IMG/VR virus record: IMGVR_UViG_3300029922_000001
Coordinates: 186,001 to 250,000 of that record
Strand: one strand, 5' to 3'
DNA length: 64,000 nt
The notes below the pieces were generated by a model that was given only the letters and a program-made list of their open reading frames with translations, ran no database searches and was not told where the DNA came from. The position numbers and the translations under genes were made by a program. This document shows positions 39,527-49,545 of this stretch, one piece after another (position 1 is the stretch's first letter; each line of letters starts with the position of its first letter).

Positions 39527-40989
39527 AAGTAACACAAGTATCAATTATCCCAACTGAAGCATCAAAGAATGCTGGTCGTCCCTCTTTAACACCTGAATTG
39601 TTAGCCGCAACAGGTGCTAGATATTCCCGAAATAATGAAGGATTAGAAAATATTTTAAATAAAATAGATATTAATAATCCAGATAAAAGTGTTGATACTA
39701 TTTTTAAGTACACGGATTTTGGTCACCAATCAATATTAGATAATATTCCTGTATCTATGTTTATGGATGATATCAGTGTTTTCTTAGCTTATTTTCTTTG
39801 GTCTGTTTGTCCAACCGCCAGTGGTCAAGAAAGCAGTACTAGATACGTTAAAATGACAAAAGATGGTTTAGTAGACCCAGAATTACTTGGTATTAACAAA
39901 GAAGAACATCAAGAATGGTATAAAAATATGAATGATGCTGTTATGGCTTATGAAGATCAATTAAAGTTTTGGACTAAATATGGCGAAGAACATCCTGAAT
40001 TAATGCGAATACCTAAGACATTAATGGAAGATACTTCCGAAAAAGCTAAAAAACAAGTTGACAGAATGAAGCGCAATTATGCATTCGATAGATCAAGATA
40101 TTACATTCCGGTTGCTATGAAAACAAATGTAATGATGGTTATGTCTGCAAGATCATGGGTTAGTCTTTGTGTTCAATTATTGAGTCATCCTATTCCAGAG
40201 TTTCAATTGCTTGGTGATAAAATTAAGTCTGAATTAGAATTGGTTTCTCCAAGATCTATAAAACATGCAGTTCCTCATGAGGCTATGATTGAAACCCATA
40301 AAGCTAATTTGGGAAATGCTCAATGTTACATTGGATCAGTATCAACTGATCAAGCTAGTGATTATCAATCTGATGGTGCATATTTACAAATTCACAAACA
40401 ATCTGGACAAGTTCCAATTGATTGTAACGAAGATGGTGATCTTGATGTATCATTCGATCTTAAAAAACGAACTAATAGATATTCTTCAGTTGGTCCATAT
40501 TTATCTAACCAATTTGTGACTTTTGGTTGGGATAATGTTTCTATTGCGGAAATTAGAGATTTTAATCGCCATAGAACAGGTAAGAAGTCTTGTATTTTAT
40601 GCCCTGGAGGATTTTACAAAGCTGATGATCAGTTACTTGAAGCTGATAAGTATTTAGCTAAGAAGAATTTTGTTGAAACTAAGACCACAAATATTGCATT
40701 AGAAAAATTAGGTGCTGGTGATGCCAGTTATATCTATTGGACGTTATTAGGTCATCAATATCCATTCGAACACACTACTTCCGCAGATCATTTTATCTAC
40801 GAAGCAGAATTAAGAACAGGAGTTGGTTCACACTATAAATATGCTGAACATCTTCGTAATGTACTACAATTATGGTATGCCGAATATCCAGAAACAAGTC
40901 CATATGAAAGAAAGAGAATTGCAGAAGATTTAGGTGTAGAGGTAGATTTGAGTGGTACTATTTTTGAAGGGAGTGCTGAACCAGAATGA
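39523..40989 (+). CDS. thyX: flavin-dependent thymidylate synthase (ThyX-like, tandem two-domain form)
   Basis: GHQSI, QESSTRY in the first half; RDFNRHR in the second half; 488 aa. Confidence 0.7.
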   Translation: MKVTQVSIIPTEASKNAGRPSLTPELLAATGARYSRNNEGLENILNKIDINNPDKSVDTIFKYTDFGHQSILDNIPVSMFMDDISVFLAYFLWSVCPTASGQESSTRYVKMTKDGLVDPELLGINKEEHQEWYKNMNDAVMAYEDQLKFWTKYGEEHPELMRIPKTLMEDTSEKAKKQVDRMKRNYAFDRSRYYIPVAMKTNVMMVMSARSWVSLCVQLLSHPIPEFQLLGDKIKSELELVSPRSIKHAVPHEAMIETHKANLGNAQCYIGSVSTDQASDYQSDGAYLQIHKQSGQVPIDCNEDGDLDVSFDLKKRTNRYSSVGPYLSNQFVTFGWDNVSIAEIRDFNRHRTGKKSCILCPGGFYKADDQLLEADKYLAKKNFVETKTTNIALEKLGAGDASYIYWTLLGHQYPFEHTTSADHFIYEAELRTGVGSHYKYAEHLRNVLQLWYAEYPETSPYERKRIAEDLGVEVDLSGTIFEGSAEPE

Positions 40990-41033
40990 GTAATGATATA
41001 GGTAAAAATATGAGTAATGATATAGGTAAAAAT
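40986..41033 (+). repeat. exact 24-bp tandem duplication
   Basis: atgagtaatgatataggtaaaaat x2. Confidence 0.95.
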
Positions 41034-41180
41034 TATCAGCAAAATCCTGATGGTACATGGTCGGAAGCAATTCCGTTACCTTTCTATTATAGTTTAATTC
41101 CTTTCTTGTGGCTTCGACTAACTGGTTATAAAGATAACTATGGTCGTAAGGCACAATTTATAGGATGGGAAAAAGATTAG
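40986..41180 (+). CDS. hypothetical small protein
   Basis: 64 aa; N-terminal 8 aa duplicated. Confidence 0.6.
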   Translation: MSNDIGKNMSNDIGKNYQQNPDGTWSEAIPLPFYYSLIPFLWLRLTGYKDNYGRKAQFIGWEKD

Positions 41181-42007
41181 TCTTTCTTAACACTAGTTAA
41201 CATTCTAATGATATTAGCATTTAAAATTAAATAGTCTTTGTTTTCAGAACGGAACCTTCTTAATGGTTTGATATTGTGTGGTAATTCATCCATACTACCA
41301 ACAATCATTATGAAGGTTCTACTATTTAATGATGCTAATACATCTAATTTAGACATTAAGTTATCAGTAACATAAAGTGTTACATCGTCACTATATTGAT
41401 TTGTAAACATTGTGTTGTGACTTAATATTTTAACCACATTATTATTGATATCTGAATATATTTTAGTTATGGGTATAGTGTCTGTAATAGCTTTAGCAAT
41501 ACCACTTTCATTAGATACATCTCCTGTTATAGCCTTACGGATGTCTTCTGGAGTGGCTTCTGAGAACGTTTCTAATTCCCCTTTGTCATTTTCTATGGGA
41601 ATACGAGAACCAAAGAATGGTAAACCTTCTAGACCATTAAGAATAATGAATTCTTTACGAACTCCCCAGAAATCTTTTTGAATAACAATTGGATCTTTAG
41701 TAAGCTGTCTTAAACCTTCCCAAATTGTCGTTGCAGCAGGTAAATCAGCCCCTTTTATAAATAATGTAGCTAAAGAAGACGGTAAAATAATTCCTGCCCT
41801 AATAGCTACAGCTTCACTATCTTTATTGATATCTTCTGGTATCATAAAGTAAAAATTTGGTTTAGTGATCCAATTTAATTTTGTTTCCTCAATGTCTTCA
41901 CCATAAAAAATAAACATTTTTTGATATCCAGGTAAATCCATAATCACTTCATTAGCACGAAGTGCATCATTGAGATTATAACATAATATAGCGATAGTAA
42001 ATAACAT
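41177..42007 (-). CDS. hypothetical protein
   Basis: 276-aa ORF. Confidence 0.7.
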   Translation of the reverse strand: MLFTIAILCYNLNDALRANEVIMDLPGYQKMFIFYGEDIEETKLNWITKPNFYFMIPEDINKDSEAVAIRAGIILPSSLATLFIKGADLPAATTIWEGLRQLTKDPIVIQKDFWGVRKEFIILNGLEGLPFFGSRIPIENDKGELETFSEATPEDIRKAITGDVSNESGIAKAITDTIPITKIYSDINNNVVKILSHNTMFTNQYSDDVTLYVTDNLMSKLDVLASLNSRTFIMIVGSMDELPHNIKPLRRFRSENKDYLILNANIIRMLTSVKKD

Positions 42008-42010
42008 GGT

Positions 42011-42652
42011 TTAAGAAAGTGTACTGTAATAGTTTATTGCATCAGATACCTCATGTGCAATGTCTTGATTTGAAATGAAAAAATGTAAATCTAAATCATT
42101 AAATTTAGGACTTACATTAAAGTCCACAGCTACTGGTATGTCTTTTTTATTTATATCGCAAATATAATCTATAGACCAAATAGGTTGTGGCACAGCATCA
42201 ATATATTGTTTTAGTGGTGATTCCGCAAGTATATCTACCGCATATCGCCCCTGATTAGCCATCCATTCATGATCACTGCTATATCTAATAATAAACTGCC
42301 TTTTGCCTATTTGTAATAGTTTATATGAAGTAGTTATTTGTTGAGAACATTCTATAAATTCACAACAGAAATTATCGGGGTATAAATCAGTGGCTACAGT
42401 TGATGGTAAAAGTAATTTACCTTTGCCTTCGTGTTGGTTAATATCCGTATAGACAACCAATGTCGGGAATTGCGATGATAATTCTTTTACTATACCATGT
42501 TGGGGTACGAAATACCCTAAACTTCTAAGCTTTTCAAATTGTTGAATTTTATTTGGTCCACCCGAAGAAATCCTTTGAAATTCCACTCCATCTTGAGTGA
42601 AATATTTATCATATGGTTGTTCAAAGTCAGATTTAAGTGTAACTTTATACAT
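42011..42652 (-). CDS. hypothetical protein, possible ATP-grasp-like fold
   Basis: PIWSIDY...AVDFNVSP C-terminal pattern. Confidence 0.5.
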   Translation of the reverse strand: MYKVTLKSDFEQPYDKYFTQDGVEFQRISSGGPNKIQQFEKLRSLGYFVPQHGIVKELSSQFPTLVVYTDINQHEGKGKLLLPSTVATDLYPDNFCCEFIECSQQITTSYKLLQIGKRQFIIRYSSDHEWMANQGRYAVDILAESPLKQYIDAVPQPIWSIDYICDINKKDIPVAVDFNVSPKFNDLDLHFFISNQDIAHEVSDAINYYSTLS

Positions 42653-42686
42653 TGATTAGCTCCTTACACACTTTATACAAATTTTC

Positions 42687-43361
42687 TTATATAAAACTTT
42701 TAAAAGGGCGGGTTCTTAGCTTCTTAACGGTAAAATTGTTGTTTTGTGTTTCTTGGGGTGCTAAAATCTTATCTAATAATGACTCATTAGATTCTTCTTC
42801 AGGTGCTGGCATAGGCTGTACGGGTTGTAATTGTGGCTTTGGCTTGGCTTTAGATGCTGGTTCTAAAATTTGTTTTGGTTGATATAGTTTATCTGGTGGG
42901 ATATTAGGTATTGGTTCAACTGGCTCATTTTCTTGAACGCCACTTTGTGGTTGCTCAATTTGAATTGGTGCGGCAACTCCACCATTTTGCTTAGGATATG
43001 TATCTTCTAGATATTGAGTACTGGCTTGATTGTAAATCTGTGACATCTTCTTACAGATTGGACAAGCACCTGGATTAATATTCCAGTAGCTAATAGTTTC
43101 ACCAGTTTCAGGAATAGCACCAACTTCTATCAAATCGCATCTACAGTGATTATGCATTTTTGGCACTCGAAAACCACGCCCATCAACTGGATGAATTTTC
43201 TTGATATAGTCAAGAACTTTACCTTGGGCATAGCTAGGTGTTGGCATATTACTCATAAGAGCAACTGCATAGTTTTCTAACCCATCTGGAAGATGGTGAG
43301 TGAGTTCTGCAACTTCAGGAAAGTCGGTTGCTAAATTTTGAGCTATCTTGTACCAAGGCAT
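42687..43361 (-). CDS. hypothetical protein with HNHCRC / CxxC motifs (head-morphogenesis-like)
   Basis: MPWYKIAQ start, MHNHCRC, ACPIC, Pro/Gln-rich tail. Confidence 0.55.
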   Translation of the reverse strand: MPWYKIAQNLATDFPEVAELTHHLPDGLENYAVALMSNMPTPSYAQGKVLDYIKKIHPVDGRGFRVPKMHNHCRCDLIEVGAIPETGETISYWNINPGACPICKKMSQIYNQASTQYLEDTYPKQNGGVAAPIQIEQPQSGVQENEPVEPIPNIPPDKLYQPKQILEPASKAKPKPQLQPVQPMPAPEEESNESLLDKILAPQETQNNNFTVKKLRTRPFKSFI

Positions 43362-43401
43362 ATAATCTCATTCTAAACGAATACAAGATAGCCCTTGTTA
43401 C

Positions 43402-43983
43402 CTATAGGAAATCTTCGATAGTAATATCTTTACCATCGAAGTTGGATCTTAGTTTCTTTAACGCTTTTTGAGTTGTTTTGTAAACCTTATTAACTTCCCA
43501 TCCTAATTGTTCGGCAATATCTGAAGCCTTTTCTCTTTCGCTATATGTGGCAAGCAAGACTAATTTTTCATCATCAGTAAGAGTGTTTAAAGCCTCTTTA
43601 AGAACTAATTTAATGGTGATAAGGTCTAATTCCTCATGAGCATTAGAAGAGTGTTCTAATGGCAATTCTACGTATGCAGGAATAGGCTCATTAGAGTTGT
43701 GAGGTATGTGCATTAAACCGGTTTCACCACGCAAATGCTTTCTGACAGCATTGTATGCTTTTACCCATGCAAACGTAATAAACTTAACGCCTTTAGATTC
43801 GTCATATTTTCTATGGGCATCAAGAATACCAAGCTGGGCGTGTTGAAATGCATCCTTATAATCTTCAGACTTTGGATCTGATTTAAACTTAGATGTAATT
43901 TCGTGTGCCAAAGAAGTGTAATCTTTTAGGACTTGATTTTCTTTGTCTGTGTTTTCTTCGTTTATATTTAATGTCTTTAGCAT
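43402..43983 (-). CDS. sigma-70 family RNA polymerase sigma factor (group 3/4-like)
   Basis: DAFQHAQLGILDAHRKYDESKGVKFITFA region 2; ASDIAEQLGWEVNKV HTH region 4. Confidence 0.88.
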   Translation of the reverse strand: MLKTLNINEENTDKENQVLKDYTSLAHEITSKFKSDPKSEDYKDAFQHAQLGILDAHRKYDESKGVKFITFAWVKAYNAVRKHLRGETGLMHIPHNSNEPIPAYVELPLEHSSNAHEELDLITIKLVLKEALNTLTDDEKLVLLATYSEREKASDIAEQLGWEVNKVYKTTQKALKKLRSNFDGKDITIEDFL

Positions 43984-44049
43984 TTTCTCACATTCCTTAA
44001 CTTCGCAAGAAGGACTTTCAATGGTGCAAAGGTAATTATTATATTATAG

Positions 44050-45252
44050 ATGAAACACAAAATTCCTGCTCCATTATATAAAAATATACTCAACCCCGTA
44101 AAGCTCTCTTCTATAGACTATACCACACTAAAGGGCATTGATGGTATGGCAACACATTTAATGAGAGAATCCCAGTATGGTGGGAATGCTTTGAATCATG
44201 TTGGACTCAATATAGCAGATAGATTTCGTGATAATTTCGATGATATCTTTAAAAATATTCAAGAAGCATATCAAGGAATACAAAATATTCCTAATTTGCC
44301 ATTAACTTACAAAAACTATATTTGTCAGTATTTGTATACTATGTTAGATATAATGGCACCCGAAGTGCAAAATCCAGAATATAAAGAAAATTACAGTGCA
44401 ATTCAATCTACTGTGTATCAACAGTATTTACAACAACAAAAAGGGATGACGACTAAGAATGTTAATCAAATGCATCAGGATAACTATGTACCACCTAAAT
44501 TCAAATCTTCTGCTAGTATTAGAAATATTGTTTTAGCACAAGGTTATACTGCTGGTGTTCCTGTTGATCCTGCTTCAATTCCTGCTGGACCACAAACCCC
44601 TCCAACACAAACTCCTGCTCAAAAACCGCAAATTACTAACGATCAACAAAATTCTATGAATCAAGTTCTTGGTATGATTGGTGATATCATTAATCGTATT
44701 GAAAGTAATGCAGGGGATTTTAAAAAACTAGGTGATCATATGGTTGACTTTAATGCTAATATTACAGCCTTGAAGTCTTTAATTTCTCAAAACCCAGCGG
44801 CAAGAAGTAAGTATATTCAAGATAAACAAACAGCGGCAACACAAAGTCAAGCTAATGGTGGACAGCTTAGTACAAACGGTAAAGATGCCAATTTTGTTGA
44901 TGCTAATGGTACTATTCATAAATATAAATTAGATGAAGAAATCGTGCCAACCGGAATGTCTACGATTCAAGGTGCTGGCGATGTCTATCAACGTATTATC
45001 CAAAATGGTTTAGCTGCTAAAGCGCCTTGGTTACAAATTGCTCCACAATTAGTTAAAGCATGGCAAGTAGAACACAAACAAACTATGCCACCACCTATTT
45101 ATGAGCAATATAGAATGTTTTATGCTCAAGAACTTAATGGTACATCACAACAAAAACCAGCAACACCAGGACAACCACAAACGCCACAACCACAAACGCC
45201 AGGACAACAAACACCAGGACAACCTGTAATTCCTGCCGCAAATGCTAATTAA
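44050..45252 (+). CDS. hypothetical protein, Gln/Pro-rich
   Basis: 400-aa ORF; internal IRNIVLAQ motif. Confidence 0.7.
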   Translation: MKHKIPAPLYKNILNPVKLSSIDYTTLKGIDGMATHLMRESQYGGNALNHVGLNIADRFRDNFDDIFKNIQEAYQGIQNIPNLPLTYKNYICQYLYTMLDIMAPEVQNPEYKENYSAIQSTVYQQYLQQQKGMTTKNVNQMHQDNYVPPKFKSSASIRNIVLAQGYTAGVPVDPASIPAGPQTPPTQTPAQKPQITNDQQNSMNQVLGMIGDIINRIESNAGDFKKLGDHMVDFNANITALKSLISQNPAARSKYIQDKQTAATQSQANGGQLSTNGKDANFVDANGTIHKYKLDEEIVPTGMSTIQGAGDVYQRIIQNGLAAKAPWLQIAPQLVKAWQVEHKQTMPPPIYEQYRMFYAQELNGTSQQKPATPGQPQTPQPQTPGQQTPGQPVIPAANAN

Positions 45253-45572
45253 GGCGTTTTAGGTTTGATTGCAAAGTATATTCCACCATCTGCTTGAAAA
45301 GAAGTCCAACCATCTAAAACACTAGACTGATCTATACCACCACATTTAATATTGAATCCAAATGTGGTTTTTTTACTTCTTATAATTAAGAATGTTTCAT
45401 TTTGTTCATTGGTTCTTAATGAAATATCTTGTAAGATTTCATACTCGTTTTTAAATTTTTTATTCACAATTTTAATAAAACTTTTTCTTAGATCAACGAT
45501 AAAGCCGTTTTTGTATTTAGCTTTATCGTTGACTAGCTGTTCCCAAAATTCTAAATTCTTAATTAAATACAT
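45249..45572 (-). CDS. hypothetical protein
   Basis: ATG 6 nt after TATAAT. Confidence 0.65.
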   Translation of the reverse strand: MYLIKNLEFWEQLVNDKAKYKNGFIVDLRKSFIKIVNKKFKNEYEILQDISLRTNEQNETFLIIRSKKTTFGFNIKCGGIDQSSVLDGWTSFQADGGIYFAIKPKTP

Positions 45573-45579
45573 GCATACA

Positions 45580-45981
45580 TTATACAATAGGTTTGTTAAT
45601 ATATTGATACAGATGATTTAATAGCCACGCCGCAATACGATATCCGTCAACTTCAGGATCATAACCAGCTTGTTTGCAAGCCACTACCAAATTGTAACCA
45701 TTCATGGGATCACCTTGTAAATCGTCATCTAAAATATCTACTTGCTCCCAAAAATCCTTATCTTCTTGAGTGTATTCATCTCCATCAGGTGGATTTGGTA
45801 AAGGTTTGGCGGTAATAACATAAGATGGATCATTCATTCGAACTAAACCTAACTCACCTTCATACCATCCATAGTCTGCTGAATCATAAGATTCAGTAGC
45901 CACATATAAATAATAACCAGGAAGGACTTCGGATTCATCATCTCTTACTGGTTTTGCTTCGGTCAAACATTGCATACACAT
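45580..45981 (-). CDS. hypothetical protein
   Basis: 133 aa; ATG 6 nt after TATAAT. Confidence 0.7.
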   Translation of the reverse strand: MCMQCLTEAKPVRDDESEVLPGYYLYVATESYDSADYGWYEGELGLVRMNDPSYVITAKPLPNPPDGDEYTQEDKDFWEQVDILDDDLQGDPMNGYNLVVACKQAGYDPEVDGYRIAAWLLNHLYQYINKPIV

Positions 45982-45996
45982 GCCTGTATTATAGCA

Positions 45997-46545
45997 TTAA
46001 TAATGGGTAATAGATCGTTTTTCTAGTTCTTTTTCGATCATTGGATAAATCGTTTCAAGAGTTTTTCTGTGTTCTACTAAAACCGGGTTATAAGAGACTT
46101 CATATTTACAAAGAAAGTCTACGATTGCATTATCTACTTCAATTGATTTTTTTAGATCATGTAATCTATTGTCATTTTCAAATTTATTATTAGGATTTCT
46201 GGTAAGTAGAATATTGTAATTATCAAATTCATTGAATAATTCTAAAATGAAATTATTCCAAGCCTTTTTTGGCTTGGGATTATAAAAAATACCAAGTAAG
46301 ATAGGAGAATCAGTAATAACAATATCCACTTGTCCATGCGGTTGCATTTGTCTTTGAATTTGAGTTCCTGTAACATAAGCTTGGTTTTTAATTGTTTTTT
46401 CATCCTGATCATAGACTAAATCTTTGGCAAATTCCCTAACTAATTCAACATTATAACTATTTAATTTTAATTCATAAAATAGACCAGCAGCGAGCGTACT
46501 TTTTCCACAGCTTGGTCCTCCGAAGAAGTTTATTATGAGAGACAT
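45997..46545 (-). CDS. NadR/AAA_28-like P-loop kinase/ATPase
   Basis: NFFGGPSCGKST, ELVREFAKDL, ITDSPILL; start at ATG 46545. Confidence 0.8.
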   Translation of the reverse strand: MSLIINFFGGPSCGKSTLAAGLFYELKLNSYNVELVREFAKDLVYDQDEKTIKNQAYVTGTQIQRQMQPHGQVDIVITDSPILLGIFYNPKPKKAWNNFILELFNEFDNYNILLTRNPNNKFENDNRLHDLKKSIEVDNAIVDFLCKYEVSYNPVLVEHRKTLETIYPMIEKELEKRSITHY

Positions 46546-46551
46546 ACTTTT

Positions 46552-46573
46552 ATTGTACAGCTTGTGGTATAGT
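46552..46573. promoter_or_regulatory. back-to-back -10 elements driving two divergent leaderless genes
   Basis: TACAAT (minus, 46552-46557) and TATAGT (plus, 46568-46573), each exactly 6 nt from an ATG. Confidence 0.7.
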
Positions 46574-46579
46574 TGATAC

Positions 46580-48103
46580 ATGAAAGCACCCGTGCTAGAC
46601 CTAATTAATTACGATCCCTCTAAAGATTATCTAATCCCGCCAGATAAGTTGGCAATGTGGGCAAAACACAAAATGAATGTTTTGTTCATTGGTGAGACTG
46701 GTGTAGGAAAAACCGCAATTATCATGTCGTTTTTTGAACAACTTGGATTGCGCTGCAAATATTTTTCTGCACCTACGCTTGAACCATATATTGACATTAT
46801 TGGTGTTCCTCGTGAACATACAGACGCAGATGGTAATACGTTCCTAGAGTTTATTCAAAAAAGAGAATTTGCTAAGGATGAAATTGATGTTGTGTTTATT
46901 GATGAATTCAATAGGGCACGTCCTGAAGTTCGTAATGCTGTTATGGAGTTCGTGCAATTTAAGAGTATCAACGGTAAGAAATACCACAATCTTAAAATGG
47001 TTTGGGCTGCAATTAACCCTTACGATGAAGATGGCACTTATGATGTTGATCGTCTTGACCCTGCTATGATGGGAAGATTCCCTATTAAGCATTTCGTAGA
47101 TAATCGTCCTTGTCCAGCTTATTTTGAAGCTGTATTTGGTAAATATATAGCGGATACTTCTATTGAGTGGTGGACTAAGTTGACAACAGATCATCCTAAT
47201 ACTTTGGCTTTGGTTCCACCTAGAACATTACATGATGCAGTTAGTTGGTATTTGCTTGGTGGAGACGTTAGAGACGTGATGCCAAAAGACACTAATATTA
47301 ATTGCACTGAATTTGTAACAACTCTCGCGGCTGATCCAATTGAGGTTCAGGTTGAAAAACTCTTTACTAGACAAGATCAAAATGCTACTAAAGCATTTTT
47401 GAATACTGCTAATACATTGTTCAGAGCTAAAAGTATTATTGAATCAAAAGAAGAGTGGCTAAACTACTTCCTTCCTTTGGCACGTCCTGAAGTAATTTCG
47501 GGTTGGGCTAGAGAATCAGAAGTGGTGTTAGATAATCTAGTTCGTAATATCAATATTGGTCCTAATCGAAGTATCATTGATGATTTTATCAATTTTCAAC
47601 CTGATCTTAAACCAAAAATTAAGCAAGCTTGGGTAACAACACCATTTATTCAAGATCCAGCTTATAGAGTTTTGACAGAAAAGATTGTTTTTGATATCAA
47701 TCTAGCTTGTTCGGAATTTTATGTTTCTGTACCAACAGGTAAAGTTAATTATTCTTTCACAGAACGATTAATTGCCCTCAAGGTAAAAACTAATAATTTC
47801 GAATATAAGAATGATCAGGATAAAGCAGGAACATGGACGGCACTTTGTGCTTATGTTCCAGGTGATCTTTCGGAAGATGATGCTAAATTCGGTCTGTATG
47901 TTATGGATACATTGGCATCTGCCAAACTTGGCTTCTTGGCTGAATTTGATAAATCTGTTTCTTTGTTGAATACTTTTGCTGCAACCCTGTATTTTAAGCA
48001 TGGTTATACTCCTGAACAGATTTGGAAAATCTGTCCACACGTTGAACAAAGTAATAAGTCTTTGACTTCAGCTAAGCATACTAAAAGTATGTTTTTGAAA
48101 TAA
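46580..48103 (+). CDS. MoxR-like AAA+ ATPase
   Basis: GETGVGKT Walker A, VFIDEFNRA Walker B, AAINP, LDPAMMGRF. Confidence 0.85.
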   Translation: MKAPVLDLINYDPSKDYLIPPDKLAMWAKHKMNVLFIGETGVGKTAIIMSFFEQLGLRCKYFSAPTLEPYIDIIGVPREHTDADGNTFLEFIQKREFAKDEIDVVFIDEFNRARPEVRNAVMEFVQFKSINGKKYHNLKMVWAAINPYDEDGTYDVDRLDPAMMGRFPIKHFVDNRPCPAYFEAVFGKYIADTSIEWWTKLTTDHPNTLALVPPRTLHDAVSWYLLGGDVRDVMPKDTNINCTEFVTTLAADPIEVQVEKLFTRQDQNATKAFLNTANTLFRAKSIIESKEEWLNYFLPLARPEVISGWARESEVVLDNLVRNINIGPNRSIIDDFINFQPDLKPKIKQAWVTTPFIQDPAYRVLTEKIVFDINLACSEFYVSVPTGKVNYSFTERLIALKVKTNNFEYKNDQDKAGTWTALCAYVPGDLSEDDAKFGLYVMDTLASAKLGFLAEFDKSVSLLNTFAATLYFKHGYTPEQIWKICPHVEQSNKSLTSAKHTKSMFLK

Positions 48104-48132
48104 GATTAGAGGCTAAAATTTAGCCTCTAATC
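48104..48132. promoter_or_regulatory. perfect 14-bp inverted repeat (operator or terminator-like) overlapping the next promoter
   Basis: gattagaggctaaa-a-tttagcctctaatc immediately before TATACT (48136-48141). Confidence 0.55.
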
Positions 48133-48147
48133 TGGTATACTCTAATT

Positions 48148-49545
48148 ATGCAATTCCTTAATCCAGTGGAAACCACAAAGATTCTTCGCGCTCTTGAGCG
48201 TTATCATATTGTGTTTTCTAAAATATTTGAATTTGGTTATGTCAGTTTCGATAAATCTGTACCTAGAGCATGTTTAAGATTTAATAAAGAAACTGGTAAA
48301 CCTTTTCAGTATGTTTTTAACCCAGATTTTTGGGAGTCAATTGATTTTGATACTAAACTTTTTATTATTAAACACGAAACTGCACACTCATTTTTGAATC
48401 ATTGTCAAAGGGGAAAACAAATTTTGGCATCTGGTGGGAAAATAGAGACTTTGAATGTAGCTATGGATCTTGCCGTTAATCACATGTTGGTTGATTGCTT
48501 TGGTGTTGACAGAGATAACGTTAAAGATGCTGATAGTTATTGTTGGGTTGATACGGTTTTTCCTGATGATAAAATCCCTGATGATCTACACTTTGAGGGT
48601 TATTATGCTTTATTGTTAAAGAAAGAACAAGATAAAAACGACGATAAAGAAGAACAAGATAAGGGTGACAATAAGGGTGATCAAGAATCTTCCGAAGACG
48701 ATAAAGGTTCATCACAAGGATCTGATGGCGGTAAAGGTTCGTCTAAACCACAAATTGTAGATAGTCATGAATTTTTAGATGAACAAGCGCAAGAAGCGTT
48801 TGAGAAAGTTCTTGAAAGAGTCAAAAAGCAATTAAACGTGGATGAACTTAAAGATTTTAATGATAAGCTTCAACAACATGGTGATGGTCCAAGCGGAATT
48901 CAATTTGAAATTGAATTACCAAAACTTAAACCCAACTTAAAGTGGCTTAATCTTGTTACAAAATTTAAGTATAAACACAACGAACTACATTATAAAATTA
49001 AACCTCAGTTTGTTTTTAAAAATAGGCGCATGAATATGTTGCCTAAAACAAATTTAATGCCTCAAGAATATGAAGTCAGAGAAATTAGTGAAAAGAAAAC
49101 CATTATTGATGTTTGGTGTTTTTTAGATGTTTCCGGTTCATGTATTAGTTTTAAAGAACATTTTCTTTTAGCTGTTAAAACTTTTCCAGAAGAATATTTT
49201 AGATTGAGGGTTTTTGTTTTTGATACTACCGTATTAGAAATAGACTTAAAAAAAACTATATTACGTTGTGGTGGTGGAACACATTTTCATATTATTGAGG
49301 ATAAAATTCAACATATATGTAAAACTGAATCTTGTAATTATCCAAGTATGGTTGTAGTGGTTACTGACGGAGAAGGAACCAGGGTTAATCCACAATATCC
49401 AAAAAGATGGCATTGGCTTTTGACTGATAAAGCGGCTTATAAGAAAAAAGGACTAACTTATATTCCTGTGAAGTCTCGAATTTTTGAATTGAAGGAATTC
49501 TTTGATATTCCTACAGTTCAAAAACAATTAAGAAAGAAGTTTTGA
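48148..49545 (+). CDS. metallopeptidase-vWA domain protein (DUF2201-like), MoxR partner
   Basis: KHETAH (HExxH), NVAMDLAVN, acidic linker, FLDVSGS MIDAS, GGGT, VVTDG. Confidence 0.85.
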   Translation: MQFLNPVETTKILRALERYHIVFSKIFEFGYVSFDKSVPRACLRFNKETGKPFQYVFNPDFWESIDFDTKLFIIKHETAHSFLNHCQRGKQILASGGKIETLNVAMDLAVNHMLVDCFGVDRDNVKDADSYCWVDTVFPDDKIPDDLHFEGYYALLLKKEQDKNDDKEEQDKGDNKGDQESSEDDKGSSQGSDGGKGSSKPQIVDSHEFLDEQAQEAFEKVLERVKKQLNVDELKDFNDKLQQHGDGPSGIQFEIELPKLKPNLKWLNLVTKFKYKHNELHYKIKPQFVFKNRRMNMLPKTNLMPQEYEVREISEKKTIIDVWCFLDVSGSCISFKEHFLLAVKTFPEEYFRLRVFVFDTTVLEIDLKKTILRCGGGTHFHIIEDKIQHICKTESCNYPSMVVVVTDGEGTRVNPQYPKRWHWLLTDKAAYKKKGLTYIPVKSRIFELKEFFDIPTVQKQLRKKF

